Source: a bacterium
GTDB lineage: Bacteria; Patescibacteriota; Patescibacteriia; Patescibacteriales; UBA12465
Direction of reading: 5' to 3'
DNA length: 64,000 nucleotides
NCBI GenBank assembly: GCA_030696105.1
Contig: JAUYNJ010000004.1
Span: 141,872-205,871, forward strand
Both the position numbers and the translations under genes were made by a program. Shown here in pieces: positions 1-9,608 of this stretch. Position 1 is the first letter of the stretch; the number at the start of each line of letters is the position of its first letter. Below the pieces are notes generated by a model. That model did no database searches. It had not been told where the DNA came from and saw only the letters and a list, made by a program, of their open reading frames with translations.

Positions 1-419
1 TTGTATGATTCCTCATCAAAAGGGGCGTCTTCATCACCAGCAAACACCGAAACAGCCAATAACTTAGGATCTAGATTAAGCCAATCTTTGCCAATTAAAA
101 ATTCCCAGCTCCATGCGATTGCATCTTGCTTAAAGTAATCTCCCAAAGACCAGTTCCCCATCATTTCAAAAAAAGTATGATGCGTCGCATCTCCCACCTC
201 ATCAATATCATCAGTGCGAATACATTTCTGCGCATTAGCCAAACGAGCACCGGCCGGATGTTTCGCTCCCAGTAAATATGGCACTAAAGGATGCATCCCA
301 GCGGTCGTAAATAAAACGCTCGGATCATTTTCGGGAATCAAAGAAGCACTGGAGATGATGGCATGCTCCTTGCTCTTGAAGAAATCCAAATATTTTTGTC
401 GTAATTCGTTAGCAGTCAT
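1..419 (-). CDS. alaS: Alanyl-tRNA synthetase, N-terminal 139 codons (gene runs off the left edge)
   Basis: Absent from the ORF track because it is open to the window edge. My translation from the ATG at 419-417 reads [51 protein letters not shown]...[34 protein letters not shown]. This is the canonical AlaRS N-terminus. Confidence 0.9.
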   Translation of the reverse strand, partial: MTANELRQKYLDFFKSKEHAIISSASLIPENDPSVLFTTAGMHPLVPYLLGAKHPAGARLANAQKCIRTDDIDEVGDATHHTFFEMMGNWSLGDYFKQDAIAWSWEFLIGKDWLNLDPKLLAVSVFAGDEDAPFDEESY

Positions 420-425
420 AATAAA

Positions 426-1448
426 TTATATAATATTCACTTCTGGTTCAATTTTTAAACCAAACTTTTTAAATACTCCGGCCTGCACGCGTTTTACTTG
501 CGCCAGCGCTTGTTTGGCGGTCGCGCCACCATAATTAACGAGAATTAAGGCCTGCTTTTCATACATACCGACTGGACCGAAGCGTTTACCCTTGAAACCA
601 GCTTGCTCTATTAGCCAACCAGCAGGAATCTTAATGAGTGATGGTTTTGAGCCAGGAAAGAATTTAATGTCAGGAAATTTCTGTTGTAATTTTTTAAAAC
701 CGGACACAGACACCTCAGGATTCTTAAAGAATGACCCAGCGTTTGGTAACACTGCCGGATTAGGCAGCTTGCTATCGCGGATTTGTCTGATGATCTCAGC
801 AAGCTCAATGATGCTCGGACTTTTTATTCCCTTCTCTTCAAGCATTCTTTTTATATCGCCGTAATCAACCCGTAATCTTGGGCGCTTACTCAGTTTCAAA
901 ATAACGCTGGCAATAAAATATTTGTCTTTAAACTTTTTCTTGAACACACTGTCACGATAACCGAATTTACACTCTGAAGCTTTAAAGACTTTCTCTTTGC
1001 CAGTTTTTAAATCTACCGCTCTTAAACTATGAAATATCTCCTTAAGCTCAACTCCATAAGCACCAATATTCTGCATTGGCGCTGCCCCGACAGTGCCCGG
1101 AACGTAATACAAATTTTCAGCCCCGCCCCAGCCACGCTCCACTGCGAAATATACGAGTGAGCTCCACCATTCACCGGACCGAGCCTCTACCCAAGCAGAA
1201 GTATCAGTTTCCTTTACCACGCGCACACCCTTTAACTCATTCTTCAACACTAGCCCCGGAAAAGGCTTAGTCATTAAGATATTTGACCCGCCCCCAAGAA
1301 TCATTATCGGGACTTTCTTGTTTTTGGCGAAAACGATGGCTTCGAGTAAATCTTCTTCCTGTCTTATAATACTAAAATAAGCCGCCTTGGCGCCTATTTT
1401 TAGCGTTGTATACTTCGTTAAGTCAACTTTCTCGTTAATAGTAAGCAT
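426..1448 (-). CDS. murB: UDP-N-acetylenolpyruvoylglucosamine reductase
   Basis: 340 aa. FAD-binding region KIGAKAAYF...ILGGGSNILM. C-terminal MurB-type region (LPNAGSFFKNP, GWLIEQAGFKG). Confidence 0.9.
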   Translation of the reverse strand: MLTINEKVDLTKYTTLKIGAKAAYFSIIRQEEDLLEAIVFAKNKKVPIMILGGGSNILMTKPFPGLVLKNELKGVRVVKETDTSAWVEARSGEWWSSLVYFAVERGWGGAENLYYVPGTVGAAPMQNIGAYGVELKEIFHSLRAVDLKTGKEKVFKASECKFGYRDSVFKKKFKDKYFIASVILKLSKRPRLRVDYGDIKRMLEEKGIKSPSIIELAEIIRQIRDSKLPNPAVLPNAGSFFKNPEVSVSGFKKLQQKFPDIKFFPGSKPSLIKIPAGWLIEQAGFKGKRFGPVGMYEKQALILVNYGGATAKQALAQVKRVQAGVFKKFGLKIEPEVNII

Positions 1449-1491
1449 AAACTACATTATAACCCGAAAATAGCATAAAAGTCCATATTAA

Positions 1492-3279
1492 CTAGTGTAA
1501 GGCGCCGACTTCCTGCAGCTTGATTAGCTTGGAGTACAGGCCCCCGTTCACGCGCATCAGACTGGCGTGATTGCCCTGCTCAATTAACTTACCATTCTCT
1601 AACACAATAATCTTGTTTGCTTGTTGAATTGTACTCAAGCGGTGAGCAATAATTAGCACCGTGCGGTTGCGACCAACGCGGGCGAGAGCCTCTTGAATTA
1701 AGCGCTCACTCTGACTATCAAGATTTGAGGTCGCTTCATCGAAGATGAGTATCCTCGGGTCAGCTAAAATTGCGCGTGCAATACCAATGCGCTGACGCTG
1801 ACCACCCGACAATTTTATCCCCCGTTCACCGACCATAGTTTCATAGCCCTTTTCCAGCTTCACAATAAATTCCTCGGCGTTAGCGATGCGAGCGGCAGCG
1901 GTAATTTCTTTGTCGCTCGCTTCTGGCTTAGCATAGGCGATATTTTCACGGACACTAAGATCAAAGATTTCCACCTCCTGCGGCACAATTGCGAGGAAGC
2001 GACGATATGAAGCTAAGTCATATGTTTTTATATCCTTCCCATCAACCAAAATTTTTCCTGAAGTCGGATCATAGTGACGATACAAGAGACGAGCCACGGT
2101 CGTTTTACCACCACCCGAAGGGCCAACAAAAGCAACAATGCTCCCAGCGCTGACCTTGAAACTTACCTTGTTAATCGCCTTCAGTTTTGCTCCCTTATAC
2201 TTGAAGGTGACATCCTTAAATTCCATTGAACCGTCCATCTTATCAATCGTGAGCGCATCTTTGTGATTCTGGATGAAACTCGGTGTCTTTAGGAGTAATA
2301 ACAAGCGACTCACACCCTCACGACCCTCTTCAATGCGGTCATAGAAGCGCGTTAGACGGAACATAGCGGAGTAGGCCTTCTCGCTAAGCGTAAAGGCAAA
2401 AATCAGGGTACCGATGGTCATGCTACCCGTATAAACCAAATACACGCCGAGAAAGAGCACGCTTGCACGCCCGATATTTGATACCAAATTGCGACCCAAG
2501 CCAACCTTCATCATCCAGCCCCATTGTTTAATGCCGTTAGTATATATCCTCTTCTTAATCTTTTCGTATTCTGACAACTCTCTTCCCTCCTGCACAAAAG
2601 ATTGCACGGCGTTAATATTAATAATCGCCTGCCCCATTTTGCCAGATGCCACTTCATACGAGCGATATATTTCTTTGCGTATCGGCAACATGCGACGATT
2701 AGACCAGTAAGTAATGTATATAAAAGAAGGCGCGAAGAAAAGGAAGGAGGCGCCAATGCGCCAGTCAGCCCAAAATAATGCAATGACGGTGAAGGTGATT
2801 TGAATTAAAGTTGGTATTACCTCCCAAGTAATGTTTTCAGATAAGTGGGCAATACGATCAATGCCGCGGTCAATCTTCGTAATCTTCCCACCGGTATTTT
2901 CACTCTCATGATAACCGAGGCTGAGGTCTAATAATTTAGCCTGTGCTTGTAAGGCAAAATCGTATTCTATTTTCAGACTTAACTTGATTATCGCCTTATC
3001 ATTAAAGAACTGCAGAATTGAGCGGAACTGATCGGCACTAAAATAAAGAGCGATAAGCCAGAGCAGAAAAGACAAATCGATATTTTCAAAATCATACAAA
3101 CCATCAATCGCTAGTTTTAAAATATACGGCAACGACAAATCAGCGACTGCAATCACGAGAGTAAGTACAAAGACAAGTCTCATAATACGCCGAAAAGGCG
3201 CCGTTAAGCGCCATAACTCTCGCCAAAATTCGCCCCAAGGCAGCGTTGGCAGCTTTTCTTCTTTCTCCTGTTTATTCAT
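1492..3279 (-). CDS. ABC exporter, fused permease/ATPase (MsbA/type I exporter-like)
   Basis: 595 aa. Hydrophobic N-terminal half. Walker A GPSGGGKTT, signature LSGGQRQRIGIARA, Walker B ILIFDEATSNLD. Ends in TAG. Confidence 0.9.
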   Translation of the reverse strand: MNKQEKEEKLPTLPWGEFWRELWRLTAPFRRIMRLVFVLTLVIAVADLSLPYILKLAIDGLYDFENIDLSFLLWLIALYFSADQFRSILQFFNDKAIIKLSLKIEYDFALQAQAKLLDLSLGYHESENTGGKITKIDRGIDRIAHLSENITWEVIPTLIQITFTVIALFWADWRIGASFLFFAPSFIYITYWSNRRMLPIRKEIYRSYEVASGKMGQAIININAVQSFVQEGRELSEYEKIKKRIYTNGIKQWGWMMKVGLGRNLVSNIGRASVLFLGVYLVYTGSMTIGTLIFAFTLSEKAYSAMFRLTRFYDRIEEGREGVSRLLLLLKTPSFIQNHKDALTIDKMDGSMEFKDVTFKYKGAKLKAINKVSFKVSAGSIVAFVGPSGGGKTTVARLLYRHYDPTSGKILVDGKDIKTYDLASYRRFLAIVPQEVEIFDLSVRENIAYAKPEASDKEITAAARIANAEEFIVKLEKGYETMVGERGIKLSGGQRQRIGIARAILADPRILIFDEATSNLDSQSERLIQEALARVGRNRTVLIIAHRLSTIQQANKIIVLENGKLIEQGNHASLMRVNGGLYSKLIKLQEVGALH

Positions 3280-3302
3280 ACTAATTTTTTACCACTTCCT
3301 CT

Positions 3303-4697
3303 CTATCTCTTAATCAATCTCTCTCCCACTCGAAAGATGTCGCCGGCGCCAATGAGGAGTAGGACGTCGTTTGGTTTCAAGGTCTTTTTAAGCCAGCTTA
3401 AAGCATCGTCAAAATCTGCTAAGTATTTCGCTGGTTTTTTTCGTCCCTTGGCTTTTAAACCAGAAATTAAATCGCGACTAGATATTCCTCCCTGCACTTC
3501 GCGGGCAGAACCGTATATCTCTAAAATGCCAAGAACGTCTGCTTCGTCAAAGCTGGTCAGGAATTCTTTATACAAAGCCTTGGTACGGGTAAATGTATGC
3601 GGATGAAACACGGCGACGAGTCTACGTTTAGGAAACGATTCCTTGAATGATTTAAGGGTTGCTTTCACTTCAGTGGGGTGATGCCCGTAATCATCATAAA
3701 CAGGCATGCCCTGATACTTACCCATTAATTCCGCCCGCCTTGCCGTGCCCTTAAATCCGGCTAAAGCTTTTTTCAAATTACGAGGATCAAGACCGAGAGC
3801 GTAAGCGCTTGCTAAAACGGCGAGGGCATTTTCAATATTATGGTCACCAAACAATTGAATTTTAAATTCGCCAAAATCATTCACCTGAAAATATTGCCAG
3901 CCATCCTCACGACGCACGGAATGGCCGAGGAGGGTTACGTCAATCTTCGATTTAAGTTTCGAGGCTAAAGCATAAGTAACAAGCTTGCCCTTAACGGTCA
4001 GCAGGAGTTTTCGAACTTGCGCATCAGCGACGTTTGCAACCAGGAAGTCATTCTTTTTCAACTTAGCTGTGAAACGAGCGAAAACTTCGTAATAGGATTT
4101 GTGTGTTTTGAAGAAATCGGGGTGATCGTAATCAATATTATTTAACACAATGCCTTGAGGCAATAAATACTGCAGTTTATCTAAATACTCGTCCGCTTCA
4201 GCTACAAAATACTCCGACTTCCCGCGAACAGCGCTCGCTTTAAACTGTGGCACGCGCGCGCCGACAAGCACGCTCGCATCAACGCCAAGGTGACGCAATA
4301 CATAACCGAGCCAAGCAGTCGTTGTTGTCTTGCCATGGCTACCACAAACAGCAATACCTTTGTAGGAATTAAAAAGCGCGCCTATAGCCTGCGCGTAGTT
4401 TAAAATCGGGAGGTCAAAGTTTCTCTTATTCGCCTCCACAAAACGCATCTCCTCATTATTTTCAGCATTAAAGGCAGCGGAATAAATAATCACGGCGTCA
4501 GTTGGAATAAGCGAGGCATCGAAGCTTGAGCGGAAGCGTATCCCCTCTTTCTTTAGCACCTGATCGGTCATGAAAACATCGGCAATATCAGACCCGCTTA
4601 CCTGTCGCCCAAGTCCATGTAAAAACTGAGCTAGCATTGTCATACCAACCCCCTTAATACCGATGAAATAAAACTTTTTGTATTTACGCAAATCCAT
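3303..4697 (-). CDS. murC: UDP-N-acetylmuramate--L-alanine ligase
   Basis: Motifs GIKGVGMTMLA and GSHGKTTTTAWL. I place the start at MDLRKYKK (ATG 4697), 1 nt after the murG stop, rather than at the track start 4748. Confidence 0.9.
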   Translation of the reverse strand: MDLRKYKKFYFIGIKGVGMTMLAQFLHGLGRQVSGSDIADVFMTDQVLKKEGIRFRSSFDASLIPTDAVIIYSAAFNAENNEEMRFVEANKRNFDLPILNYAQAIGALFNSYKGIAVCGSHGKTTTTAWLGYVLRHLGVDASVLVGARVPQFKASAVRGKSEYFVAEADEYLDKLQYLLPQGIVLNNIDYDHPDFFKTHKSYYEVFARFTAKLKKNDFLVANVADAQVRKLLLTVKGKLVTYALASKLKSKIDVTLLGHSVRREDGWQYFQVNDFGEFKIQLFGDHNIENALAVLASAYALGLDPRNLKKALAGFKGTARRAELMGKYQGMPVYDDYGHHPTEVKATLKSFKESFPKRRLVAVFHPHTFTRTKALYKEFLTSFDEADVLGILEIYGSAREVQGGISSRDLISGLKAKGRKKPAKYLADFDDALSWLKKTLKPNDVLLLIGAGDIFRVGERLIKR

Positions 4698-4698
4698 A

Positions 4699-5802
4699 TT
4701 ATTTTGCAAGCATTTCTTTGACAATTTTCGCTCCTTTAACGGCGGCATCGGGTGGCATCATCATCGCAATGTTCGCCGACAACTTCATTCTCTGCCCTTC
4801 GTGTTTATATAAATCGACAATTATTTCAGCAAAGTCCTCGCCATTACTCTCTTTTTCGTTAAGCACGAGCGCGGCCGCACGTGACTTAAAGTATTCGGCA
4901 TTATCTTCTTGATGCGAGTTTGGCATTGGCACCAAAACAGTAGGTTTCGCGGCGAGCGAGAGCTCCGTTAAAACTCCTAGACCCGAGCGAGTAATGACAA
5001 TGTCGGCAAGACTTAATAAGGCAGAAAAGTCATCATGCGCGAGATTTTCAACTACGCGATAGTTGGGGCGATTAGGGGCATCAAGACCTTTACCTCTGCC
5101 ACTAAGATGAATAATATCCCAATCAGCCGGTAAGTACGGTAAAGCCGAATAAACTAATCGGTTTAAGCCAAGGGCGCCAGAAGCGCCGCCGGTAATGAAT
5201 ATAAAGGGGTGAGAGCCGACACGATAGTTTGCGGCCGCGTTAGATCTTTGCTCTTCTGTTAATTTCCCAACTTCACTGGGATTGCCAATCAGCACAGCAC
5301 GGTCACCATAGTCTTTAAGTGATTTTTCAAAAGTAACAGTCAGCTTATGTGCAACTGGCGCCATCAAACGGTTGGCGAGCCCTGGACGTATATCTTGTTG
5401 ATGGATAAGAATCTTCGCGCCCATCAGCCTACCCGCCCAAACTACTGGCACGCTCGCAAAAGAGCCGGCTGAAATAATTAAATCAGGGCGCCGACGATAG
5501 AAAATAATCGAAACTCGAAAAAAAGCAGAAATAATGCGAAAGAAATCAATAAAGTTTTTTATAGAAAAATAGCGGCGCCACTTCCCTGCGGGCAAGGAAA
5601 TATAATCAGCGCCAAGCATTTTAAGCGCCTCATCAAATAACTTTTTCTCTAGTTCTTGATCATTGCCAATAAAAAGAAAATGCGCCTTAGGATTAAGCAC
5701 GCTATAAGCCGACGCTAAAGCGAGCGGTGCTGTACTCGGCCCACCCGTGCCACCTCCCGATATTACGATCAGCTTCTCCTTATCTTCTTTCATATTTTCC
5801 AT
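4699..5802 (-). CDS. murG: Lipid II-forming N-acetylglucosaminyltransferase (GT28)
   Basis: 367 aa. N-terminal ISGGGTGGPSTAPLALA glycine loop. Sits between ftsW and murC. The exact start is uncertain because it overlaps the ftsW 3' end. Confidence 0.85.
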   Translation of the reverse strand: MENMKEDKEKLIVISGGGTGGPSTAPLALASAYSVLNPKAHFLFIGNDQELEKKLFDEALKMLGADYISLPAGKWRRYFSIKNFIDFFRIISAFFRVSIIFYRRRPDLIISAGSFASVPVVWAGRLMGAKILIHQQDIRPGLANRLMAPVAHKLTVTFEKSLKDYGDRAVLIGNPSEVGKLTEEQRSNAAANYRVGSHPFIFITGGASGALGLNRLVYSALPYLPADWDIIHLSGRGKGLDAPNRPNYRVVENLAHDDFSALLSLADIVITRSGLGVLTELSLAAKPTVLVPMPNSHQEDNAEYFKSRAAALVLNEKESNGEDFAEIIVDLYKHEGQRMKLSANIAMMMPPDAAVKGAKIVKEMLAK

Positions 5803-6928
5803 GTTTACTGATATTTACAAGAATAGCAATGGCGAGCAATGTACTAATAATTGATGACCCGCCGGCCGAAACAAAAGGCAAAGGCACCCCGGTCATGGGA
5901 ATAAGGTTAATCATGCCGCCGATATTTAAGAAAGTTTGTACTAGCAGCCACGCGACGATCCCGGTAGCCAGGGCGCTACCAAAAACATCGGGCGCATTTT
6001 GCGCTACGCGAAGTCCACGAATAAACAGTAGCCCAAATAAAGCAATAAGGGCCGTCGAGAACAGAAAACCAATCTCCTCAGCTACAATCGGAAAAATCGA
6101 ATCACCCCAAACTTCCGGCAGATACATGAACTTCTGACGGCTTTGACCAAGGCCTCTGCCCGCCCAGCCACCTGAGCCAACGGCAATTAAGGATTGATTA
6201 ATTTGATAACACTCTTCTTGGGTGTCATAAGAAGGATCTTGATAGCAACGGAAGCGATCATTTTGATAGGTAGATTGTGCGTAGAATAATAAACCGGCTG
6301 CTAAGGCCGCAAACAATATCGTTAGTAGAATATGAGTAAATTTTCCCCCGGCAACAAAGAAGGCAGCAAAAGAGGCAAATAAAATGATAAACAGAGTGCC
6401 AAAGTCAGGTTGAGCCAACATCAGGGCGCCAATAACGGTCAGACTGGCTAGAAATGGAAAAATGCCTGTTCCTGCTTGATTAAGCTGACCCTTCTTCGCT
6501 TCAAGCCAGGTAGCAAGATAAATAAGAAAAGTAATCTTTACTAATTCCGCCGGTTGGAAAGATTGACCAAAAATAATAATCCAACTGCGGGCAGTGCCGT
6601 GATCTGCTCTTAGACCAGGAATAAAAACCGTCACTAATAATAAAACGGACGCCAACAACATCCAGACCGCATACTTACGCCAAAAACGATAATCAATACG
6701 AGAGACAATAAAAAAAAGACCGATACCGATACCGGCCGCAATCAACTGTCGAATGAAATAGTGATAGGTATTACCAAACTTGGCATAAGAAACAACCGCT
6801 GAGGCGCTCGAAAGCATGACAAGACCGATAATCAATAATGCGCCAACGCTAAACAATAACCAGCGATCAGGTTCATGCTCACTTGGGGTCGGCGAAAAGA
6901 AGTTCTTAATTTTCTTGGCGATTGTCAT
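5780..6928 (-). CDS. ftsW: SEDS-family peptidoglycan polymerase (FtsW/RodA)
   Basis: 382 aa polytopic membrane protein with the QPAELVKI, QPDFGT and VSAGGSS motifs typical of the family. Assigned ftsW rather than rodA from its mraY/murG context only. Confidence 0.8.
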   Translation of the reverse strand: MTIAKKIKNFFSPTPSEHEPDRWLLFSVGALLIIGLVMLSSASAVVSYAKFGNTYHYFIRQLIAAGIGIGLFFIVSRIDYRFWRKYAVWMLLASVLLLVTVFIPGLRADHGTARSWIIIFGQSFQPAELVKITFLIYLATWLEAKKGQLNQAGTGIFPFLASLTVIGALMLAQPDFGTLFIILFASFAAFFVAGGKFTHILLTILFAALAAGLLFYAQSTYQNDRFRCYQDPSYDTQEECYQINQSLIAVGSGGWAGRGLGQSRQKFMYLPEVWGDSIFPIVAEEIGFLFSTALIALFGLLFIRGLRVAQNAPDVFGSALATGIVAWLLVQTFLNIGGMINLIPMTGVPLPFVSAGGSSIISTLLAIAILVNISKHGKYERR

Positions 6929-6934
6929 AAGGTT

Positions 6935-7984
6935 TTACCACTGGCGATCAGCCATAAATATCATCAAGCCTAAAACTGCCCCCATCGCTGCTACCACCCA
7001 AAAACGCATCACTATTTTTGACTCAGGCCAACCCATCGCTTGAAAGTGATGATGTATGGGCGCTGACATAAACACCTTCTTGTGCCGAAACCGTTTCGAT
7101 AAAAGCTGAATAATTACTGACAAAGATTCAATCACAAAAATCAGTCCGACGAGAGGCAAAATAAAGAGATTATTTGTGAGCATAGCGATAACACCGAGTG
7201 TTACTCCAAGACTCATCGCCCCCGTATCACCCATATAAAAACGAGCGGGTGGGATATTAAACCATAAAAAGGCAAGTAAAGCGCCGATAATAACCCCGCA
7301 GAAGGCGGCAAGCTCATATCGACCCATAGCGAAGGCGATAATACCATAGGAAGCGAAGGCAATCATCAAGGTCCCTCCTGCCAAACCGTCCAATCCGTCA
7401 GTTTCATTAACGGAGAATGAGGTGGAAACAATCACAAAAATAAAAACCGGAATATACCACCACGATATTTCAAAATTACCAAGGAACGGGACATGTAGCA
7501 CCGTCCAGTCGAGCTTGAAATAAAACCAGGCAGCCCCAGCAGCTGCAATCAACATATATATTAATAAGCGGTGCTTTAACTTCAGCCCGCCGCCACCAAA
7601 CATTCCCTTGCCACTAACATCGAGCCAATCATCAAATAGGCCGATAATAGCGCTCACCACTAAAGCGCCGAGTGGTAATAAAGTTTCCGAACGAGAAAAA
7701 AAGTTGAGATATTTAAATATTTCGCCGGGCATGACATCGGCCATGAAGGAAAAAAAGACCATAAACACCAAGACTGTTCCCCAGATGAGGATTCCTCCCA
7801 TGGTCGGTGTACCTGCTTTGTGCGCATGCAGCTGACTAAAGACCGGTGTATCACCACTGTTTCGGATTTGCTTACCAAGCTTATACTTATACAAAAAGTT
7901 TGTTAGCGCTGGCGTACAGATAAAGGCAAAGATAAAAGCGAGGGTGGAGAGTAATAAAATTTTAATCGTGTAAAAGACAATCAT
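6935..7984 (-). CDS. mraY: Phospho-N-acetylmuramoyl-pentapeptide transferase
   Basis: 349 aa. Motifs GTPTMGGILI, DDWLDV, NETDGLDGLA, MGDTGAMSLG, PIHHHFQ. Confidence 0.92.
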   Translation of the reverse strand: MIVFYTIKILLLSTLAFIFAFICTPALTNFLYKYKLGKQIRNSGDTPVFSQLHAHKAGTPTMGGILIWGTVLVFMVFFSFMADVMPGEIFKYLNFFSRSETLLPLGALVVSAIIGLFDDWLDVSGKGMFGGGGLKLKHRLLIYMLIAAAGAAWFYFKLDWTVLHVPFLGNFEISWWYIPVFIFVIVSTSFSVNETDGLDGLAGGTLMIAFASYGIIAFAMGRYELAAFCGVIIGALLAFLWFNIPPARFYMGDTGAMSLGVTLGVIAMLTNNLFILPLVGLIFVIESLSVIIQLLSKRFRHKKVFMSAPIHHHFQAMGWPESKIVMRFWVVAAMGAVLGLMIFMADRQW

Positions 7985-7986
7985 AC

Positions 7987-8463
7987 TTAAGCGAGAAAGT
8001 TAATCAAATATAATGACATTAGCGCTAAGCCACCAAGCACTTGCGCTAAGATAGATGTTAAACCGAAGGCGTGTGACAAAAAATGAAAGTGTTCACGACG
8101 GGCGGCAAGCACAGCAACAACCCAATTCACCAGCAGGACCGAGAGGGCGATTAATGGAATTCGGAAAACATCGCGCGGCTCACCAATAGCATCAATACCG
8201 AAATCGACGTTGTAATGATAAACAAATAATTCGTCCCCCAGGGTAATGCTAAACATCCGGTAAGCAAAAAACCATAAAATAAGCTGTAAGCCTAAAGAGA
8301 AGAATAAATACCAACGATTAGGTAAATAACGCCAATAAGCCGCCATGGCGAAGGCTAGGCGTTGTCTCTGATTGTACCAACGTCCGTAAATTTGAAAATA
8401 AGCCATAAACAAAAAATAATAAGATGCCCATCTTTTCGTTAATTGTATCATATTATTACCCAT
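7987..8463 (-). CDS. Hypothetical membrane protein heading the mraY operon
   Basis: The track ORF runs 7987-8652, but its first 63 codons overlap the divergent gene and promoter. The likely start is MGNNMIQL (8463). About four hydrophobic helices. No family recognised. Confidence 0.5.
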   Translation of the reverse strand: MGNNMIQLTKRWASYYFLFMAYFQIYGRWYNQRQRLAFAMAAYWRYLPNRWYLFFSLGLQLILWFFAYRMFSITLGDELFVYHYNVDFGIDAIGEPRDVFRIPLIALSVLLVNWVVAVLAARREHFHFLSHAFGLTSILAQVLGGLALMSLYLINFLA

Positions 8464-8486
8464 TTTAAAAATCAAGCAGATAATGA

Positions 8487-8492
8487 TATAAT
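8487..8492 (+). promoter_or_regulatory. Consensus -10 box (TATAAT) 6 nt upstream of the 8499 start codon; implies a leaderless mRNA
   Basis: Sequence gaTATAATaatgatATG. No Shine-Dalgarno sequence is possible in the 6-nt gap. No good -35 element. Confidence 0.35.
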
Positions 8493-8498
8493 AATGAT

Positions 8499-9608
8499 AT
8501 GTCTGAAAAAATAGCCAAAACAATCTGCCGCTTCGCCGAAGACCGAGGCCATAATTATTTGCACCTAGAAAATAAAGGGGGCAATCTTGTTTGCGCCTGC
8601 GGACATGGGCAAGGCGCTGATTACCTGCACCTAGATGAAAAGACTGAGTCAAGCGTCATTGAAACCTTCCGTCGCCTCGTTGGGGCTGCTGAAAATGACC
8701 TCTACAACGACAAGCGCTTCAAGATCGCGGACAAACGTTCCATTATTAGTGGTCGCGCCACTTTATTACCAGCCCTTGAAGGAGAAAAGCTAATTATCAC
8801 TTTAAGCTCAGAAAAACCGAGCGTTCGCCGCTTTGGCGCCCTAGGCTTAAGCCGTCCGCAACAAACAGTTTTAAAATCAATGCTGAAGAAGAAAGGTGGC
8901 ATTATAATCATTGCCGCTGAAGACGAAAACGGCAGCACCAGCACCTATTACTCCCTATTGCAAACAGCCGCGGCTCACCGAAGCGCTTATTCTCTTGAAA
9001 ACTTCCCTCTTCAGTCTCTAGATAACGTTAACATTATCAACCCTAAAAAATATGGCAGCGTAGAAAACGCCGTCATCAAGCTTTTAAAAACTGATAGCGA
9101 GTTAATTGGGGTTGACGCCACCTTAAGCTCAGCTGACATTAAAGCTCTCTGGCGAGCAGCTAACACAGGCCGCTTAATCATCGCAACTCTACCCGCTCGT
9201 AACGCTGCTGAGGCCTTAAATATTTTAAAGAAGGTGGGAATGAGTGCGCCTGAAATCGCCTCCCAGTTGTTACTAATCAATGCCCAGAAGTTATTTACCC
9301 GTCCCTGCTCTCGATGCTTACAAAGCGTCCCCTCATCACCACAACTCAAACAAACAATCCTGAAGCGCTGGACTATCGCAACTAAGTTCTGGCCTAAAAA
9401 AATATACGAAAGTCGAGGTTGCACTGTTTGTCGCCAAAAAACGACTGGGTCAAAAACGGCCGTGTTTGAACAGATGCGCTTTTTACCAGACGGTCGCCTG
9501 CAAGCTGGCTACGAACCACTTATCAGTAGCGCTCTCACTAAGGCTGGCCTCGGCTTAATAAGTATCGAAGACCTCGCTATCTGGGCCCTGTCAAACAAAA
9601 AGATATGA
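8499..9608 (+). CDS. GspE/PilB-family secretion-ATPase homolog with degenerate catalytic motifs
   Basis: 369 aa. GGIIIIAAEDENGSTSTYYSLL aligns to GxILVTGPTGSGKTTTLYAxL. DSELIGVDATLS aligns to the Walker B/GEIRD region. TGRLIIATLPAR aligns to the His box TGHLVxSTLHTN. The tetracysteine CSRC...CTVC is retained. The N-terminal GRATLLPALEGEKLIITL resembles the family N2 domain. Confidence 0.6.
   Translation: MSEKIAKTICRFAEDRGHNYLHLENKGGNLVCACGHGQGADYLHLDEKTESSVIETFRRLVGAAENDLYNDKRFKIADKRSIISGRATLLPALEGEKLIITLSSEKPSVRRFGALGLSRPQQTVLKSMLKKKGGIIIIAAEDENGSTSTYYSLLQTAAAHRSAYSLENFPLQSLDNVNIINPKKYGSVENAVIKLLKTDSELIGVDATLSSADIKALWRAANTGRLIIATLPARNAAEALNILKKVGMSAPEIASQLLLINAQKLFTRPCSRCLQSVPSSPQLKQTILKRWTIATKFWPKKIYESRGCTVCRQKTTGSKTAVFEQMRFLPDGRLQAGYEPLISSALTKAGLGLISIEDLAIWALSNKKI

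Noticed and set aside
214-534. 106-aa plus-strand ORF spanning the alaS/murB junction.
   Set aside because: It lies antisense to two well-supported minus-strand genes (AlaRS N-terminus and MurB C-terminus). It has no motif, so it is a shadow ORF.
8464-8652. N-terminal 63-codon extension of the 7987-8652 ORF.
   Set aside because: It overlaps the divergent promoter and the 5' end of the 8499 gene. It is Arg/Gly-rich and non-membrane-like, so the internal start at 8463 is more plausible.
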